A DNA stretch of 63,993 nucleotides, filler included, from Licmophora abbreviata (GCA_900291995.1; 12 parts of 12 records of this genome joined end to end with filler, not necessarily neighbours in it), one strand, 5' to 3'. Counted from the first letter of the whole stretch, positions 10,184 through 23,587 are shown. Numbers and translations are program-made. Notes: a model not told the origin generated them from the letters alone.

Positions 10184-13100
10184 ATGTCCCGCTGGAAGGA
10201 AAAGCGCGAGAAGGAAGCTCAATATCAAGTTGACAAGGAGCTCGACACCGCGTACTACAAAATCAATGCAGACTCTGTACTCGAAAAGGATGTACGCGGT
10301 GCCGCCATGGGAGAAGGCGAGCAAGAATTGTTTGAACGAAAGCTCACCAAGGATGAAAAGAAGGCACTGGCCAAGAAGAAACGAGAAGCCAAAAAGAAGG
10401 CCAAAAGGAAGGACGACGACCCAGACAACGACGACGCCGCCAACACGAAGGCTTCGGTGCAAGAAATGTTGCAGCAACAGCAGGCTGCCGTGACCGAGGG
10501 TAAAAATGCAGCGGGAGACGATGGGCTGGACCATGAGCAGGCCGATAAGTTGGCTGCCGAAGGCACGATTTGCACCTTCGCCACTTCTCGCAAGGGTGTC
10601 GATGCCCGATCTCGCGATATCAATGTGCAAAACTTTACTCTGCAGCATCGCGGTACGGTGCTCCTGGATGAAACCGAGATCATTTTGAATCATGGTAATC
10701 GGTATGGTTTGATCAGTCGGAACGGTGCTGGTAAAAGTACTTTTACGAAGGCGCTTGGAGCACGGGCTGTGCCGATTCCGCGTGGCATTGATATCTTCTT
10801 GTTGAAGGAAGAAGTGGAATCTTCCGACACTATGACGGCACTGGAGGCGGTCATGAGTGTAGACGAAGAACGACTGCGACTCGAAAAACAGGCGGATGAG
10901 TTGAATCAAGCTTTGGGGGATCTAGCTGAAGGTGGCGTAGAGAGTTATGGAGGCGCCGATGGTGATGACGAAGAAAAAACGACGGAAGAACTGCAGGAAG
11001 AAATCATGGAGGCCATTACGTTCACGTATGAGCGACTGGACGCGTTGGATGCAGATACGGCTGAAGTGAGGGCTCGATCGATTTTGAAGGGTCTTGGGTT
11101 CACCCATGATATGCAATCGAAAAAGACGAAGGACTTCTCTGGCGGATGGCGGATGCGCGTCTCATTGGCACGCGCTCTGTTCATTGAGCCCGTCTGGTAG
11201 GATTTGTGAATATCAATTGACGACGACGATGCTTTAGATCATGCAATTTTCCATCAACCAGAATCTCACGCTTCTTGTCATTTTTTTCAATTTTTAGCTT
11301 GTTGCTTGATGAGCCGACGAATCACCTGGTAAGACAAGGAGTCGAGTCTTGGATGAGAGTGCTTCATTTTGAACGTGAGAAGCTTTTCAGAAATAACACA
11401 CGCCTGCCGCATCACCTTTAGGACATGGAGGCAGTTATTTGGTTGGAAGATTAGTGAGTCAATGTGTATCCATGCCACTGGATCGATGGTGACGAAAAGT
11501 GATAGGCCGGATCCTTGGTACCGGCTCGATTGCGCTGAGATTCGATAGGCTGACTTACACTTCTTGTTTCTCTTCCATTCGACACAGTCTTGCCAAATGG
11601 GATAAGATCCTGTTGTTGGTCTCACATTCGCAAGACTTTCTCAACAACGTTTGTACGCACATGATTCACCTGACGAACAGGCGTAAACTTACCTACTATG
11701 ACGGTAACTACGACCAGTTTGTCAAGACGAAGAGCGAAAAGGATGAAAATCAGCTCAAACAGTACAAATGGGAACAGGACCAGATTAAGTCGATGAAGGA
11801 ATACATAGCGCGATTCGGTCATGGTACCTCCAAAAATGCCAAACAAGCTCAGTCAAAGGAAAAAGTCTTGCAAAAGATGCTTCGGGCGGGGCTCACGGAG
11901 AAACCCGAGGAGGAGAAGCCTCTCAACTTCAAGTTTCCGGATCCTGGTCCATTGCCTCCTCCAGTACTCGCATTTCACGATGTTTCGTTTGCGTATCCCG
12001 GCTGTGAGCTACTCTACTCCAATTTGAACTTTGGTGTGGACCTGGACAGTCGTGTTGCCCTCGTGGGACCGAATGGGTACGTTCGCGACATTGCTTTTGG
12101 GGGCATTTTTCTTTCCGTACCGCGTTCATCTCACGTCGCCCCTACTTTTCTCCCAACTCTCGCGTTCCAGTGCTGGGAAAAGTGAGTTATCTTTCGCTCA
12201 TCACTCTCGTGTCCGCCGTGATTCGTGCGCAACTAACCATATGGATAACCGTGATTTGCAGCTACGTTGGTGAAGCTCATGAGTGGAGAACTGGAACCAA
12301 GACGTGGAGACATTCGACCCCACGGGCACTTGAAAGTTGGTAGATTCACGCAGCACTTTGTAGATGTGCTGGATTTAGAAATGACGCCGTTGGAATTCTT
12401 CGAGCGCGAATATCCGAACGATCCACGTGAGGACCAACGAAAGTACCTGGGCCGTTTCGGGGTATCAGGAAGAATGCAGGTGCAGAAGATGGAAGAACTG
12501 AGCGATGGCCAGAAATCGCGCGTTGTGTTTGCAAAGCTCGGACGAGACGTTCCGCACATTGTAAGTAGTCACCGAGGATGTGGCTTGGCATGATTGGATA
12601 TCGCTGTACTTCATTGGCTTACCGCTTTCGTTCTCATCCAGCTTCTTCTAGACGAGCCGACGAACCATTTGGACATGGAAAGCATTGACGCCCTTGCCAA
12701 AGCGGTGAACGAGTTCGAGGGCGGATTGGTGCTGGTTTCGCACGATATGCGACTGATTTCCCAGGTTGCCAAGGAGATTTGGATATGCGACAATAAGACG
12801 GTTGACAAGTACAATGGCGACATTCAGAATTTTAAGATGGACATGCGAGCGCAGATGGGCATTGGAGAGGACGAGGTGAAAAAAGCAAATCTTCGTGGAG
12901 ACGCCAGCGTTGTGAGGAAGGCAGGTGACACTCCGGCCCCTAAAAAAGAAGCGCCAAAGAAGGCGACGCTTGATGTCGTGCCACCTCCATCGTCACGCAA
13001 GAGCCAAGCTGAGAAGTTCGACGACAGCAACAACAACAACAACAACGCTGCGGCGGCGACTTCTGTTTCTACAACGACATCAACTTTCGACATGAGGCCC

Positions 13101-13187
13101 ATGAAAGCATCGATTCCGGTTGCTACAGATGATGGGGCACCGAAACGATACATTCCGCCGCACCTGCGAAAGAAAATGTCGACCTAG
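10184..13187 (+). CDS. ABCF2: ABC-F family ATPase ABCF2/ARB1, 7 exons (10184-11196, 11298-11328, 11422-11453, 11588-12076, 12171-12181, 12262-12560, 12642-13187)
   Basis: Two ABC domains, no [33 protein letters not shown] twice, spliced [17 protein letters not shown]; all introns GT-AG and frame-consistent. Confidence 0.93.
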
Positions 13188-13319
13188 TCTTAATCTTCCG
13201 GAATTAACCACTGCAAAAAACATGCGAGTAGCTAGTCTCAAGATGCATGCTGTTCTTCCCCGTTACTGAGTAAGTCACTCTACAGACTACAATCTCCGTC
13301 TATGTTCTCGACTCAAAAC

Positions 13320-15356
13320 TCAATCCGCATAGACCTCTTCCACTTCCTCGTCATCCGAATCATCGTCCTCTCCAGCGGTGCCTGCCATACGCGCCCTACG
13401 CAACGCCTCTTTCTTCTTGTCGGCTGTTGACTTGCCCGTATCATCCTCGTCGTCCTCGTCCTCGTCTTCGTCGTCCTCGTCGTCGTCATCTTCGTCGTCA
13501 TCACTGTCGCTGTCCTGCTCAATGTTGGCGTTGAGAAACTCCTCAAAGAGGGTCGGCTCGTCGTCCAACTCGGCATCCTCAGGGTGGATCTTATAGTCTG
13601 GAAGCGTCGAGTTGTCCAGCGTGGTGAGTTCCACCGACATTTTCTGGTCCAATCCAAAGTATGCGGTGCTCTTGACATACAAATCAAACTCGTACTCTCC
13701 CTGGCGCGGCGCCAAGAACTTGATGGGATGATTCACCACTTTTTGCGGGTCTCCAACCTTTTCAATGTGGATAATCTTCCCCTGCTTTGTTCCAAGAATG
13801 ATCCACCACGCTTCTCTCTTTGGGAACGGGAACCGCGGAGCGTGTACCAACCCCGCCTTTTCGCCATCCCTCAAGTTGTTGCGTGTCAATGTGACCTGAA
13901 CTGTGCAGAGATCTTCTTCGTACACCTTGTCGTCTTCGTCATCGTCGACAAACACCTTCGTGGTGATAGAGATATCGGGAAGTACCTTCAAACACTCCAA
14001 CACGTCCTGTTTCTGCGACTCTGTAAAATCCGCCAGTCCCTTCTTTTGCGCATCCGGAACTTGTCGATACTCTTGCAGCGTTGAAACTTTATTCTTTCCC
14101 TTCTCGACATGCCCCACTTCGGCCGATGTGAAGTGCGGCAACTGACACAAGGGCGAATCTCTCACCCAACAGGCTTGCGTCAGGTATTGTCCAAATTCAA
14201 TACAACGCATGGCGGTCTCCAAATAATCCTGCTGCTTGCAAACAGAAATCATCGCATCCAACAAAATGTTGCTAACTCGCAACATATATTTGAGATCGTC
14301 CGTGAGTTTGTCCTTGAGAGTATCCGTTTGGCGCAACAAGTGGGCATGCAGCAAGACATTGCCCTTGATGCATACGGCGTGATTGTATTTGGGCTTTTGC
14401 ATTTGGGAACGGACTTTCTGCATGGCGGCGGCAACTTGTTGTTTTTCTTCTTGAGAGGCAGGCTTGTTGCGCTTTCGAAATTCGGCACTACCAGCGAGTG
14501 TCTCTGGAAGACTCTTCATGGCCGTGTGTTCCGAAAAGGCGAAATGGAACCAGGAGTAAGTATCGTACATGACGTCCTTTTCTCCGAATTTGGACGAGTC
14601 ACTGTAATAGCGCCAGACAGAAAGGGGAATGACACCGACCATGACGATGAGGTAGGCGAGCAAGACGAGATTGCGATTGTCGGTGTCCAAGAGGAAGGAG
14701 GGAAGTCCAATGGACACCTCGAGACTCTGCTTGCCGTCAGGATTTCCGTACTTTTCCCAGTTTTCCTTGGCCGTTTCGTCAGTGAGTGCCTCATAGGCCT
14801 TTGCAACCATCATGAACTTGGCTTCAGCGGCAGGGTTGTTGGGATTTTTGTCTGGATGGTACTTGAGCGAAAGGTTGCGGTACGCCTTCTTGATGACCTT
14901 GCCCTCTGACCCCGAGTCAATTTCGAGAATGGCAAAGGGGTCGAATGAGTTGACTTCGCCGTCTTCCGACACCGAGAAGAGCAAGTAAATGAAAATTATT
15001 GTGAAGAAGAGTGTAATCGCGAGATTGATTAGGAATCCCTTGCCCTTGAGCAGTGCGAGTCCCTTGGACTCCTTCTTGAGTTCGGCAGCCTTTTTGTTTT
15101 CCATAGTGGTTCGGGAGACGGCGCCAATGTCATCGTCTGTCAATCCCAAGAAAGCCTGATACACACGCGTCAGGATCGTGTACCATGCTGGAGAGAGATA
15201 GGAGCGAGGGGAAAGTGTAAGAAGAACAAGTGGGAGTCATGCGGTACCGTACGATGAACGGGACATCGGGCAAATTTGGAACTTACAAGGCACCAAGTAA
15301 AAGCTCATGGTGCTGAGCGCGAAGAAGTAGAACGCAGAGTTGTCGTACTGCAACAT
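13320..15356 (-). CDS. SEC63: ER translocon J-domain protein SEC63 (intron 15188-15286)
   Basis: MLQYDNSAFYFF start; TM helices; J-domain with HPDK; YGNPDG; Sec63/Brl domain HAPRFPFPKREAWWIIL; acidic tail. Confidence 0.93.
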
Positions 15357-15702
15357 TGTTTNNNNNNNNNNNNNNNNNNNNNNNNNNNNNNNNNNNNNNN
15401 NNNNNTTAATTAATTAANNNNNNNNNNNNNNNNNNNNNNNNNNNNNNNNNNNNNNNNNNNNAAGGATGAAGGAGAAGGATGTTCGAATGTGAGATGCGCG
15501 TCGCGCGCAGTCGCGTCGGCATCCAATGGTCCATGGCTCGTCGTCGCCAGTCGTCATGGTGATGGAGGATGCAAACAATTCAACAATTCACAACTAAAAT
15601 AAGAGTCGAACCTTTCATACAGATCCAGTCTAGAGTTGCGCTGCCAGGTTCCACACGACATAGAAAAGTCCAGTAGACACGGTGATTTTCGAATTGACTA
15701 AA

Positions 15703-16947
15703 ATGAAGTCGAGTTACAAAATCAACTGGTTCAAGCCGAGAGTCCTTCTCGTCGTTGCTGGGTGCTTGTTCACCGCGCCGTTCGTCCATGCTTGGACGCA
15801 TCACTCCGCTAGTACAGCTCGCTCGGATCGACTGAGGATGGGCATGTCTCTTGGCAAGACAGCGAAACGAGTCCGCGACTCTGTCTTGTCAAGAGAGCGA
15901 TCCCGTGATGATCTCAAAATTGGAATTGCTGGCTTCTACGACCGCTCCTCAAAGCTATGGGAGGATGTCTGGGGCGAGGTAAGTGGCATCATCGTTATCG
16001 AGACACGTTAGTATAGTTAGCTACGCTCTTTTGAGACGCAGTGGCTCACGAAGCTTCCTCTCGCCCGTGTGCACAGCACATGCACCATGGCTACTACGTG
16101 CCTGAGGACCGCACCGACCATGTTCAGGCGCAGATCGACTTGATTGATGAGGTGCTCAAGTGGGCAGAGGTCAAGGACGCGAAGAATGTTCTCGATGCAG
16201 GCTGTGGGATTGGAGGTAGCTCGCGACACATTGCTAGAAAATATGAAGACTGCAAAGCAGAGGGCATCACGCTGAGTCCGTACCAGGCGCAGCGAGGCAA
16301 CGAGCTCGCTAGCGAGCAAGGTCTGCAGGACCGAGCTCATTTTCAGGTATGTACTGGGAATCATGTCGTTTGCAAATGGAAAGTTGCTTGGAAGTTATGG
16401 TTGTCTCACTGGACTAGTCCTCGTTTGATCACATCGTAAGGTTGCTGACGCGCTCGACATGCCTTTCGACGACAACAGCTTTGACTTGGTTTGGAGCCTC
16501 GAATCGGGCGAACACATGCCGGACAAGACACAGTTTGTGAATGAGCTTTTCCGAGTGGCAGCTCCAGGGGGGCGCATCATTATTGTCACTTGGTGCCATC
16601 GTGATTTGGAAAAGGGCGAAACGTCTCTGACAAAGAAGGAGGGACGGCTACTTGCCAAGATCAACCGCGCCTACTATTTACCAAAGTGGTGTAGCGTGCA
16701 AGATTACGTTGACCTGCTCGAAGCGAAAGGGATGAAAGACATTAAACGCGACGACTGGTCGTACATTATCGCGCCCTTCTGGAAGGCGGTGGTCAAGAGT
16801 AGTCTGAACCTTAAGAGCGTCGTGGGTTTGTTTCGCAGTGGCTTTTCGACGATCCGAGGCGCCTACGCCATGCTTCTCATGTTGCGCGGATTCGATAAGG
16901 GATTGATCAAGTTTGGCCTGCTGACTTGCACCAAGCCAGAAGCGTAA
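15703..16947 (+). CDS. VTE4: Plastid gamma-tocopherol methyltransferase (introns 15979-16076, 16347-16440)
   Basis: FYDRSSKLWEDVWGE|HMHHGYY; LDAGCGIGGSSR; WSLESGEHMPDK; TWCHR; signal peptide with VHA-W cleavage site. Confidence 0.92.
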
Positions 16948-17142
16948 TCTGCTACTTAAAGTTATTAAGGGTGAAGCGTCATTGGCACTTCTGCTCGTTT
17001 GCCAAATTTGTTGTACGGGTAGTACGAATCTACCGCAGCAACTGCTATACTTGTAACAACTTACGAGCAGATTGCAAAATTAAAAAGGCGGTGAAGGACC
17101 GGGACGACTCTAGTGACATCATATATTCGTCCGGGTTCCTGT

Positions 17143-18111
17143 TCACCTTTCAGATGGGTACGGCATGAAATGCTGTCGTTCATGCTCGCTAGCAGCACTA
17201 CCTGTTGGTTGTACCGGTATTGTCGAACACTGTTGGTCGTTTGTGCCGTTATCTTTCTCCGGGTGCGGCGCAAAAGGTCGTCGATCAGCCATAGCTCTTT
17301 GAATAACATTTTCGACACAAGCTCTGCCTTCTTGCGGAAACATATTCAACGTCGCCGTTCGCGCCTTTTGTCGTACACAGTATGTTTGAGGCACTGCCCA
17401 TGCAAAGTTCTTACATTCCGCTTCACGTGCAGCCCGGACTTCAGAATACGCCAGCTGCTGGCAATCCTGCAGATCTAGGCGTAGCTTTCGAACATCGAAC
17501 ACGTGGGTGAGTTCGTGCACAAGAACCTCCTCAACTTCTGCAGCCGCACTGGTCAAGCTGGAACCAGCAAGGCCATGAAGGCGGTTGGTACATAGAACAA
17601 TGGAGAGCGGTTTGGGGCCCATGACGAATGCACGTGCTCCGCCTTCGGCGCCAGTCTGACCACACGGCCTGCATTCAATGGCCATGGAATCGATAGAGGG
17701 CCTCTGGGTGGCGGCCGAGGCAGCAAGGGGCTTTGCCGAAGTAGCATTCACTGTAGGCATTAACTCGGTAGACTCTTCGCGCGGTTGCGTCCACCGTCGA
17801 ACGAGGGAGGAAATGGCTGTTCCGTCGGTGTCGTTTTCCTTCTCGATAATCCCTGTTGGTTGACTACGAGTAGGCGTGATTTCAGTCCGTTCGACAGTGT
17901 CCTCTGCGCTCAAAGTCACGGCGACGCCCCCTTCCTGATTGTACACAATCGTTTGGGCTGACGATGCACCCGAGATGGCCTCCAAGAGAACAGCAGGACG
18001 AGAGTCGGGCTTCGACAAGACACTGCGGAGAATCTCAATACAGCGTCGACACTCACTGCTCCGTGAGGAGAATCTCGTCTTCGCTCCTTCTTCATTCAGA
18101 TCCTTTGCCAT
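17143..18111 (-). CDS. ATP23: Mitochondrial inner-membrane protease ATP23 (peptidase M76)
   Basis: IVLCTNR...VLVHELTHVFD...DCQQLAYSEVRAA...C...CVRQKA; start codon uncertain. Confidence 0.85.
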   Translation of the reverse strand: MAKDLNEEGAKTRFSSRSSECRRCIEILRSVLSKPDSRPAVLLEAISGASSAQTIVYNQEGGVAVTLSAEDTVERTEITPTRSQPTGIIEKENDTDGTAISSLVRRWTQPREESTELMPTVNATSAKPLAASAATQRPSIDSMAIECRPCGQTGAEGGARAFVMGPKPLSIVLCTNRLHGLAGSSLTSAAAEVEEVLVHELTHVFDVRKLRLDLQDCQQLAYSEVRAAREAECKNFAWAVPQTYCVRQKARTATLNMFPQEGRACVENVIQRAMADRRPFAPHPEKDNGTNDQQCSTIPVQPTGSAASEHERQHFMPYPSER

Positions 18112-19097
18112 TCTTACAAATATCGGAAACGATAGTTGCGCCGCCGAAGGGTAGCCGTACGACAGAATCGATAGACTAGACAACCACTGTCATGACCAAG
18201 CCTTCTCTAAACTTTGAGCTTTCTACTTTGAACTTGTTCAATGTTTCGCTTTTGTGACGAACACGAATGCCGCGCACCCCAGAAAGCGCGCGAACTCTAG
18301 ATTCATTCGACTCGTTCGTCTGTTCAAACGCGAGATATGGTATCGTAGTCTACCGGTACTGTTACGCAGACTACCGTGGTCGTGGTGGCGTCATCACAAA
18401 GGAGGAGTGGTTCTCGTCCTACCCAAAGGCGATCACTGACAAAAGATGACTACTGGGGACGTTGACACAATCGCTCTCCCCGCCGTACTAGGTCGCTCCT
18501 AGTCCCATTAACCCACCCGCACACCGCGCGCGGTCGCTCCCGGCCGGTTTACTCTGTACTAAAAATATGACTCGTATCTCGCGATTGTCTTTACTCGTAC
18601 ATCGACAAAATCTCTCCTTTTGTCAGTCAAAATACCTAAATCAGTAAGTTAGTCAATGTTTTTAATAGCCATAAATCTCTTGTTATTTGTTAGAATAGAC
18701 AAGTTTGTTTTCAAGATTGAGGATGCTAATCCGGCCGTTGGGGAGGAGCTCAGCCGAGGAGAAGCGACTGCATCACGACGACAAGACTCGACGCGACATC
18801 AATGGAACTTTGCCAAGATCAACAACGATGGTCTCAGAGGACGTAGGGATGCGTCGCAAGTTTGGAAGAATCGAGAAGAGAAAGTAGAGACCGATTTCGA
18901 ATACTAGTGCCTTAAGGTACCATATGAATCAAAATCAAGATCGGGTTCGGTTGCTCGTGCAAGGCAGGCGGAAGGTACTTGGTAGACTACGGGTAGCGGC
19001 ACACGACTTACAGAGTAGCCCATCGAGCAGCAAAACATCATTCAATCTTATAATACGCTTCAAGGAAATGAACGTGGCCTTACACCGCGATTTACAA

Positions 19098-20721
19098 TCA
19101 ACGCCGTGCGGGATCACTGGTGAGGTCCGAAAGGCCCGTGTATGAGTGCTCGTCGTTGTTTGCCGGAGGCATGGGCTGGGACGGCAGGAGTTCGCCATAC
19201 TCGCCAGCATCGCGTTCGGCAGGGAGCATCATCGAACCACTCTGAGGTACGCTGTTTCTCGCAACAGCGAGGCGACTGTGGTTGTTGGTCGCATACCTGT
19301 GACATCTGTTCAAGGAATCGTAAAGTGGTTGTGCTGCTGGAGGCGTCGCCAACCGCCCTTGAAGAATTTCGGCACCCGTGACGTGCTTACCGTAGAACTT
19401 TTCGTTGACATTGTGCCTCGTCACAATAACTTTGCCATCCAACGAGACGCCGGCGTACAGGCCCTTGCTGAGAGAATATGTGTAAATGGGAGCGATGGCC
19501 CCGGGCGCCGCACCCACGTCGGCTTCGAAGGCTCGTCCTAGGGGTCCCAACGCAACTCCGACGTCGGCGCCAAGCTGCACGGAGCCATTCTGGGCAAACA
19601 AAAGTTCCACAGCCTTGTCTGTCATGAGAAGAAAGACATGATCGGATACTTGTGCGCCAATGAGTGCTGTGGTCAGATACGGGAAAGTACAAAGCGTATA
19701 AGAGAAATGATCAAAATGCGGGTATTGGGCACTCCTAAAAGCAGCATCAGCACGGACACTCACCTCCCCAGCTCAATCCGAGAGTACCAATGGCCGAAGG
19801 CGCGCTCCATCCTTCGCCGAGTCTGGCAACGACAAGTCCCGTTCCAAATTCGACACCAGCTAGTCCGAATCCTCCCTTGACGACGGTAATGACGGCAACG
19901 CCCTTGGCTTCCTCCAAGAGTCGCGCCGGGATACGCACTCCATCCAAATCCCCTAAATTAGGGGAGACACCGTTACATGTTTCCTGACAGGCTTGATTCA
20001 CTCCGTCGCTTCCGGCGTATCCTTCGAGGCGTGTTGGCACGAACGCGTTCATTCTCTTGGGAAGCGGCAGCAAGTTATTCAGGGTGTAGGCAGCTTTTCT
20101 AATTTCATGTCCAAGCGTGAAAGCTAGAGGAGAATTAAACATGCGCCGAACGTCAGTGGGGTCAATGTGATTGAAGCGCATGGCGTTGGAATTGCTGTTC
20201 CTCAGTTCGTCCTGCATCGGCTGGAGCTGCTGAAAACACCCATTGCAGACGCGAAGTGGTTCACGAGCAAGTAAGAAGCGCTCTTCGAGCCCTTTTCCGT
20301 ATAAAACATGCTGATCATCTTCGCCTTGTTCATAGGTCGTGAGCATACGGTCCGGATCATCGTCGGGCTGGAAACTGATGAGGGCTATAGTTTGCTCAGC
20401 GGGTTTCGCCTTCTTGCCTCCTTTCGGCACCAGAACAATGCTGGAGGGAGGAACCAGAGCCTTCCAGCGACTGCAGGTCTGACAATAGATCTTTCCACAC
20501 AAGCGACAGTGGTGACGACGATTAATATTGGAGAAAAGATTGCTGCAGCCCGCACAGTACGGCTGCTCCTCGTCAAAAGCCCAGGGCGACGACAGCGTGG
20601 CGACTGTAGCGTCGTGCGACGGCGTTTCTGACGGGTCTTCTGGTACTGTCGTTTCTTCAGGAGGAATAGCGACGATTGTAGGCTTGGAGAGAGCAATGGG
20701 GGGCTCGGGAGTCGACGACAT
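19098..20721 (-). CDS. FYVE zinc finger plus SYLF (Ysc84/SH3YL1) domain protein (intron 19667-19763)
   Basis: C..C..F....RRHHCRLCGKIYC..CS; GTGLVVARL...WSAPSAIG; YSLSKGLYAGVSLDG...NEKFYG. Confidence 0.9.
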
Positions 20722-21074
20722 GGTTCACAAAGGCGGTGATGTTCTTTGCTACCTTCGCTGCTGCGTTCATGTTTTGAGTCTCGTCAAGTCTCGTGTCATC
20801 AAAAGAAGGGAACTCTTTACTCGTACTATCGTACGAGTAGTACTAGAAAATATGGCTGTATCGTACTAATCGGTACGTACATCTGCATACGTTCACGTGG
20901 TAGAGGAAAACACGTAAAACAAGAGAGAGTAACCCGGAGAAAGATGTGACTGAGTCAGTCGACTCATTCGACTCNNNNNNNNNNNNNNNNNNNNNNNNNN
21001 NNNNNNNNNNNNNNNNNNTTAATTAATTAANNNNNNNNNNNNNNNNNNNNNNNNNNNNNNNNNNNNNNNNNNNN

Positions 21075-22058
21075 TCACCCAATTGCACTCACCTTTTTGA
21101 GACAAAACGACTTGCGGCACTTGCATCCGGTCCTGTTCATTCTCGGGCTTGGATTGAATGCACGACCAGGTACCGAGCGACCGTGCCCGATGGGTGAGCC
21201 AGACGGGGCTGTTGGTAGTGGTGGTCCTGCGCTAGGAGAGTAAGGCAGCCACTGGGCCGGCGGAGAACCATTGGGAGGCGGCGGGGCACGTTTGAATGGT
21301 GCAGCTGCCGACATGGGTCCTTCTACAGGAGGGTAGTCGTACGGATGATGGGATGCAGGGGGCCAGCTCGGACCCTGTTCTTCTGCAAACTTGTCGTCAA
21401 AAGCGTTCGGATTTCGATCAAGGATGATTCGGCGAGCGTTTTCTATCGACACCGCATGGGACGGGGTGTTGTGGCAAGCCTGGCATCGGCATTGTGGTCC
21501 GCAGGTCGTAGACGAGTGGAAGCACTGACAGTACAATTTGAGACATTTGCTCTTCTTACATGTGCATCCACCCCCATGACGGAGCTCCATTTCAAGGTGG
21601 CGCATCTGCATTGCCGATGGTTCGCTATACTGAGAAGGCGGTGCATGCGAGTGCGCAGGATAGCCATGCGGCGGCGGTGGTGGAGGGGGTGCGTAGGATC
21701 CTGTGTGGTAGTGAGGCGGCGGAGCACCATGTGGCGTATGATATCCTCGCCCGTACGAATGATGACCGACCTCGTCAGACCGTGGGTGATACTGGCCAGG
21801 ATAACCATGCTCATTGAGCGGAGGATACGAATGCGGATGTGTCACTGGATGAGAATAGGCATTTTGAGGTAGCATTGAATGTGAATCCGCAGGTACGACG
21901 CCTGACGGTCCCCGATACCCATAATTCGGCTGTGGGGGTACATTTTCTCGTCCCTCTTCGACCCCCCTCGCATTTTCATCCTTTTCGTGACCGTTTGCGG
22001 GACCCTGGATGTGAGGTGGCGGCGGGGGAGGACCAGAAGCGGCGTTCTTAGAGTCCAT
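21075..22058 (-). CDS. Tesmin/TSO1-like CXC-domain protein (LIN54-like), 3' truncated
   Basis: CTCKKSKCLKLYCQCF...C.C..C.N, RNPNAF linker, second GCKCRKSFCLKK followed by a GTGAGT donor at the contig edge. Confidence 0.9.
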   Translation of the reverse strand: MDSKNAASGPPPPPPHIQGPANGHEKDENARGVEEGRENVPPQPNYGYRGPSGVVPADSHSMLPQNAYSHPVTHPHSYPPLNEHGYPGQYHPRSDEVGHHSYGRGYHTPHGAPPPHYHTGSYAPPPPPPPHGYPAHSHAPPSQYSEPSAMQMRHLEMELRHGGGCTCKKSKCLKLYCQCFHSSTTCGPQCRCQACHNTPSHAVSIENARRIILDRNPNAFDDKFAEEQGPSWPPASHHPYDYPPVEGPMSAAAPFKRAPPPPNGSPPAQWLPYSPSAGPPLPTAPSGSPIGHGRSVPGRAFNPSPRMNRTGCKCRKSFCLKKVSAIG

Positions 22059-22738
22059 GGTCAACTGAGCACTCCTTTGCTTGATTTATGGGCAAACTGA
22101 ACGAAGTTTCATTTGATACTGTACGTGACTGAATAATCAATAAAAATTCATTAAAATTGCGCGCTCAAACTCACACGTCCCAGCGTACTCACCACAAAAG
22201 TTGTTTACCGATCATGGTTGCCTTCGAAAGAGGACGCTGGTACATGAGCGGGCGCTCCACTTTTGTTCACTCAAACTGCTATACTGAAAATTTGATTTGA
22301 CCTATTAAATAAATTGTATACAGTCTGGTATACATACCAACGGAACTCCAAATGTTTGATTTTATGTTATCTCTTAGAGCTCAAGAGATACACTGAATTC
22401 CCGCTCATCCAAAAGCTGACACTCTCACGGCGCGCGACAATTCTCGTCGTCGGTTGCGAACTGCAGCATAGTCTACCGGTAGTCTACTGATGGTACTAGG
22501 TTCCGGTAGACTACCTGGTAGCGATCGTGGGATGGCCCTGCTCATCAAGTTTCAACGATTTGCCGAGGTACACTCCGATGTGTCGTAGTCTACGTCGTAC
22601 ACATACAAAATAGACTGACTCTTTAGACTTCTATTTTCGTTTTCTATGGCTATCACTGCCGTTGCCAAGCCATCGTGTATTAGTGCCTCTCTCCTTTAGC
22701 ATGAGCATTCTTATCATGCGTAAAAGGTAGCGCGAGAG

Positions 22739-23587
22739 CTAGCTAGAGCAAGACGGCGACAACTCGAGGGGTCGTAACGTTGCAGTTTCCAGATGCTCCA
22801 ATGTCCGATGTCGAGACCCATCGAGCCTTCCAAAGGCAGTCTGGGTTATCTGCAACACGTCTCCATGTGCTACCAAGACAAGCAAGTGGTTCTGGAACTG
22901 ACGGTCCCACTCGACGATACTTTTCGTCGTGCGATCCATGACGGCCTCTACCGACTCTACATGATTGTTGGTATGAGATGGATCCGCGGAGTCGTCTTTC
23001 CACACATCTTGATAGTGAGCATCAGAACCGGCATCCCACCTTCCAAACCACCGTTCCCGTAATCGCTTCTCGACGATCACTCCGTCTTGGTACAGCGGAA
23101 GCGATGCCATCATGGCGGCGTCGGCTACAAAATTCGCCGTCTCCTTGGCCCGACAATAGTCTGACGACAGAATGACCAAACCTCGGTACGAAGATCTATT
23201 CTGACGAAAGTATCGAACCACGTCCTCTCCCGCGTTCTTAGCTTGCTCCCTCCCCAGGTCCGAGAGGCCGTGTGTCTTGGTGGCGACGTCGGGATTTGAA
23301 GATATGATTTTGGCTACATTGGCCATCGACTGACCGTGTCGAAGAGCACAAAATCCGTTTTGAAGATTCTGCAGGCCAGAAAAATGATTCGCAGATAGCG
23401 AGGTTGAAGTAGAGACGCGTATTTGAGAACACAGACGGGTGTCAGCATAGTCTGTCGTCCACTGATGATATGTCCTGCTTTGGCGCAGTGACGTTTCGGA
23501 GCTCAGGAATCCATGGGCAGCCCACTTTGCCGACAAAATGAGTACTGACGCAATCCACAAAGAAACGTCGAGTCGTCGGCGACCCAT
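22739..23587 (-). CDS. Histidine phosphatase / phosphoglycerate-mutase family protein, probably plastid-targeted
   Basis: LRHGQS, SSDYCRAKET, LRERWFG, VAHGD; signal peptide ending AHG-F. Confidence 0.88.
   Translation of the reverse strand: MGRRRLDVSLWIASVLILSAKWAAHGFLSSETSLRQSRTYHQWTTDYADTRLCSQIRVSTSTSLSANHFSGLQNLQNGFCALRHGQSMANVAKIISSNPDVATKTHGLSDLGREQAKNAGEDVVRYFRQNRSSYRGLVILSSDYCRAKETANFVADAAMMASLPLYQDGVIVEKRLRERWFGRWDAGSDAHYQDVWKDDSADPSHTNNHVESVEAVMDRTTKSIVEWDRQFQNHLLVLVAHGDVLQITQTAFGRLDGSRHRTLEHLETATLRPLELSPSCSS

Noticed and set aside
20949..20961. Near-palindrome GACTGAGTCAGTC with AP-1 core upstream of the FYVE-SYLF gene
   Set aside because: Single short occurrence at a contig edge; function cannot be supported
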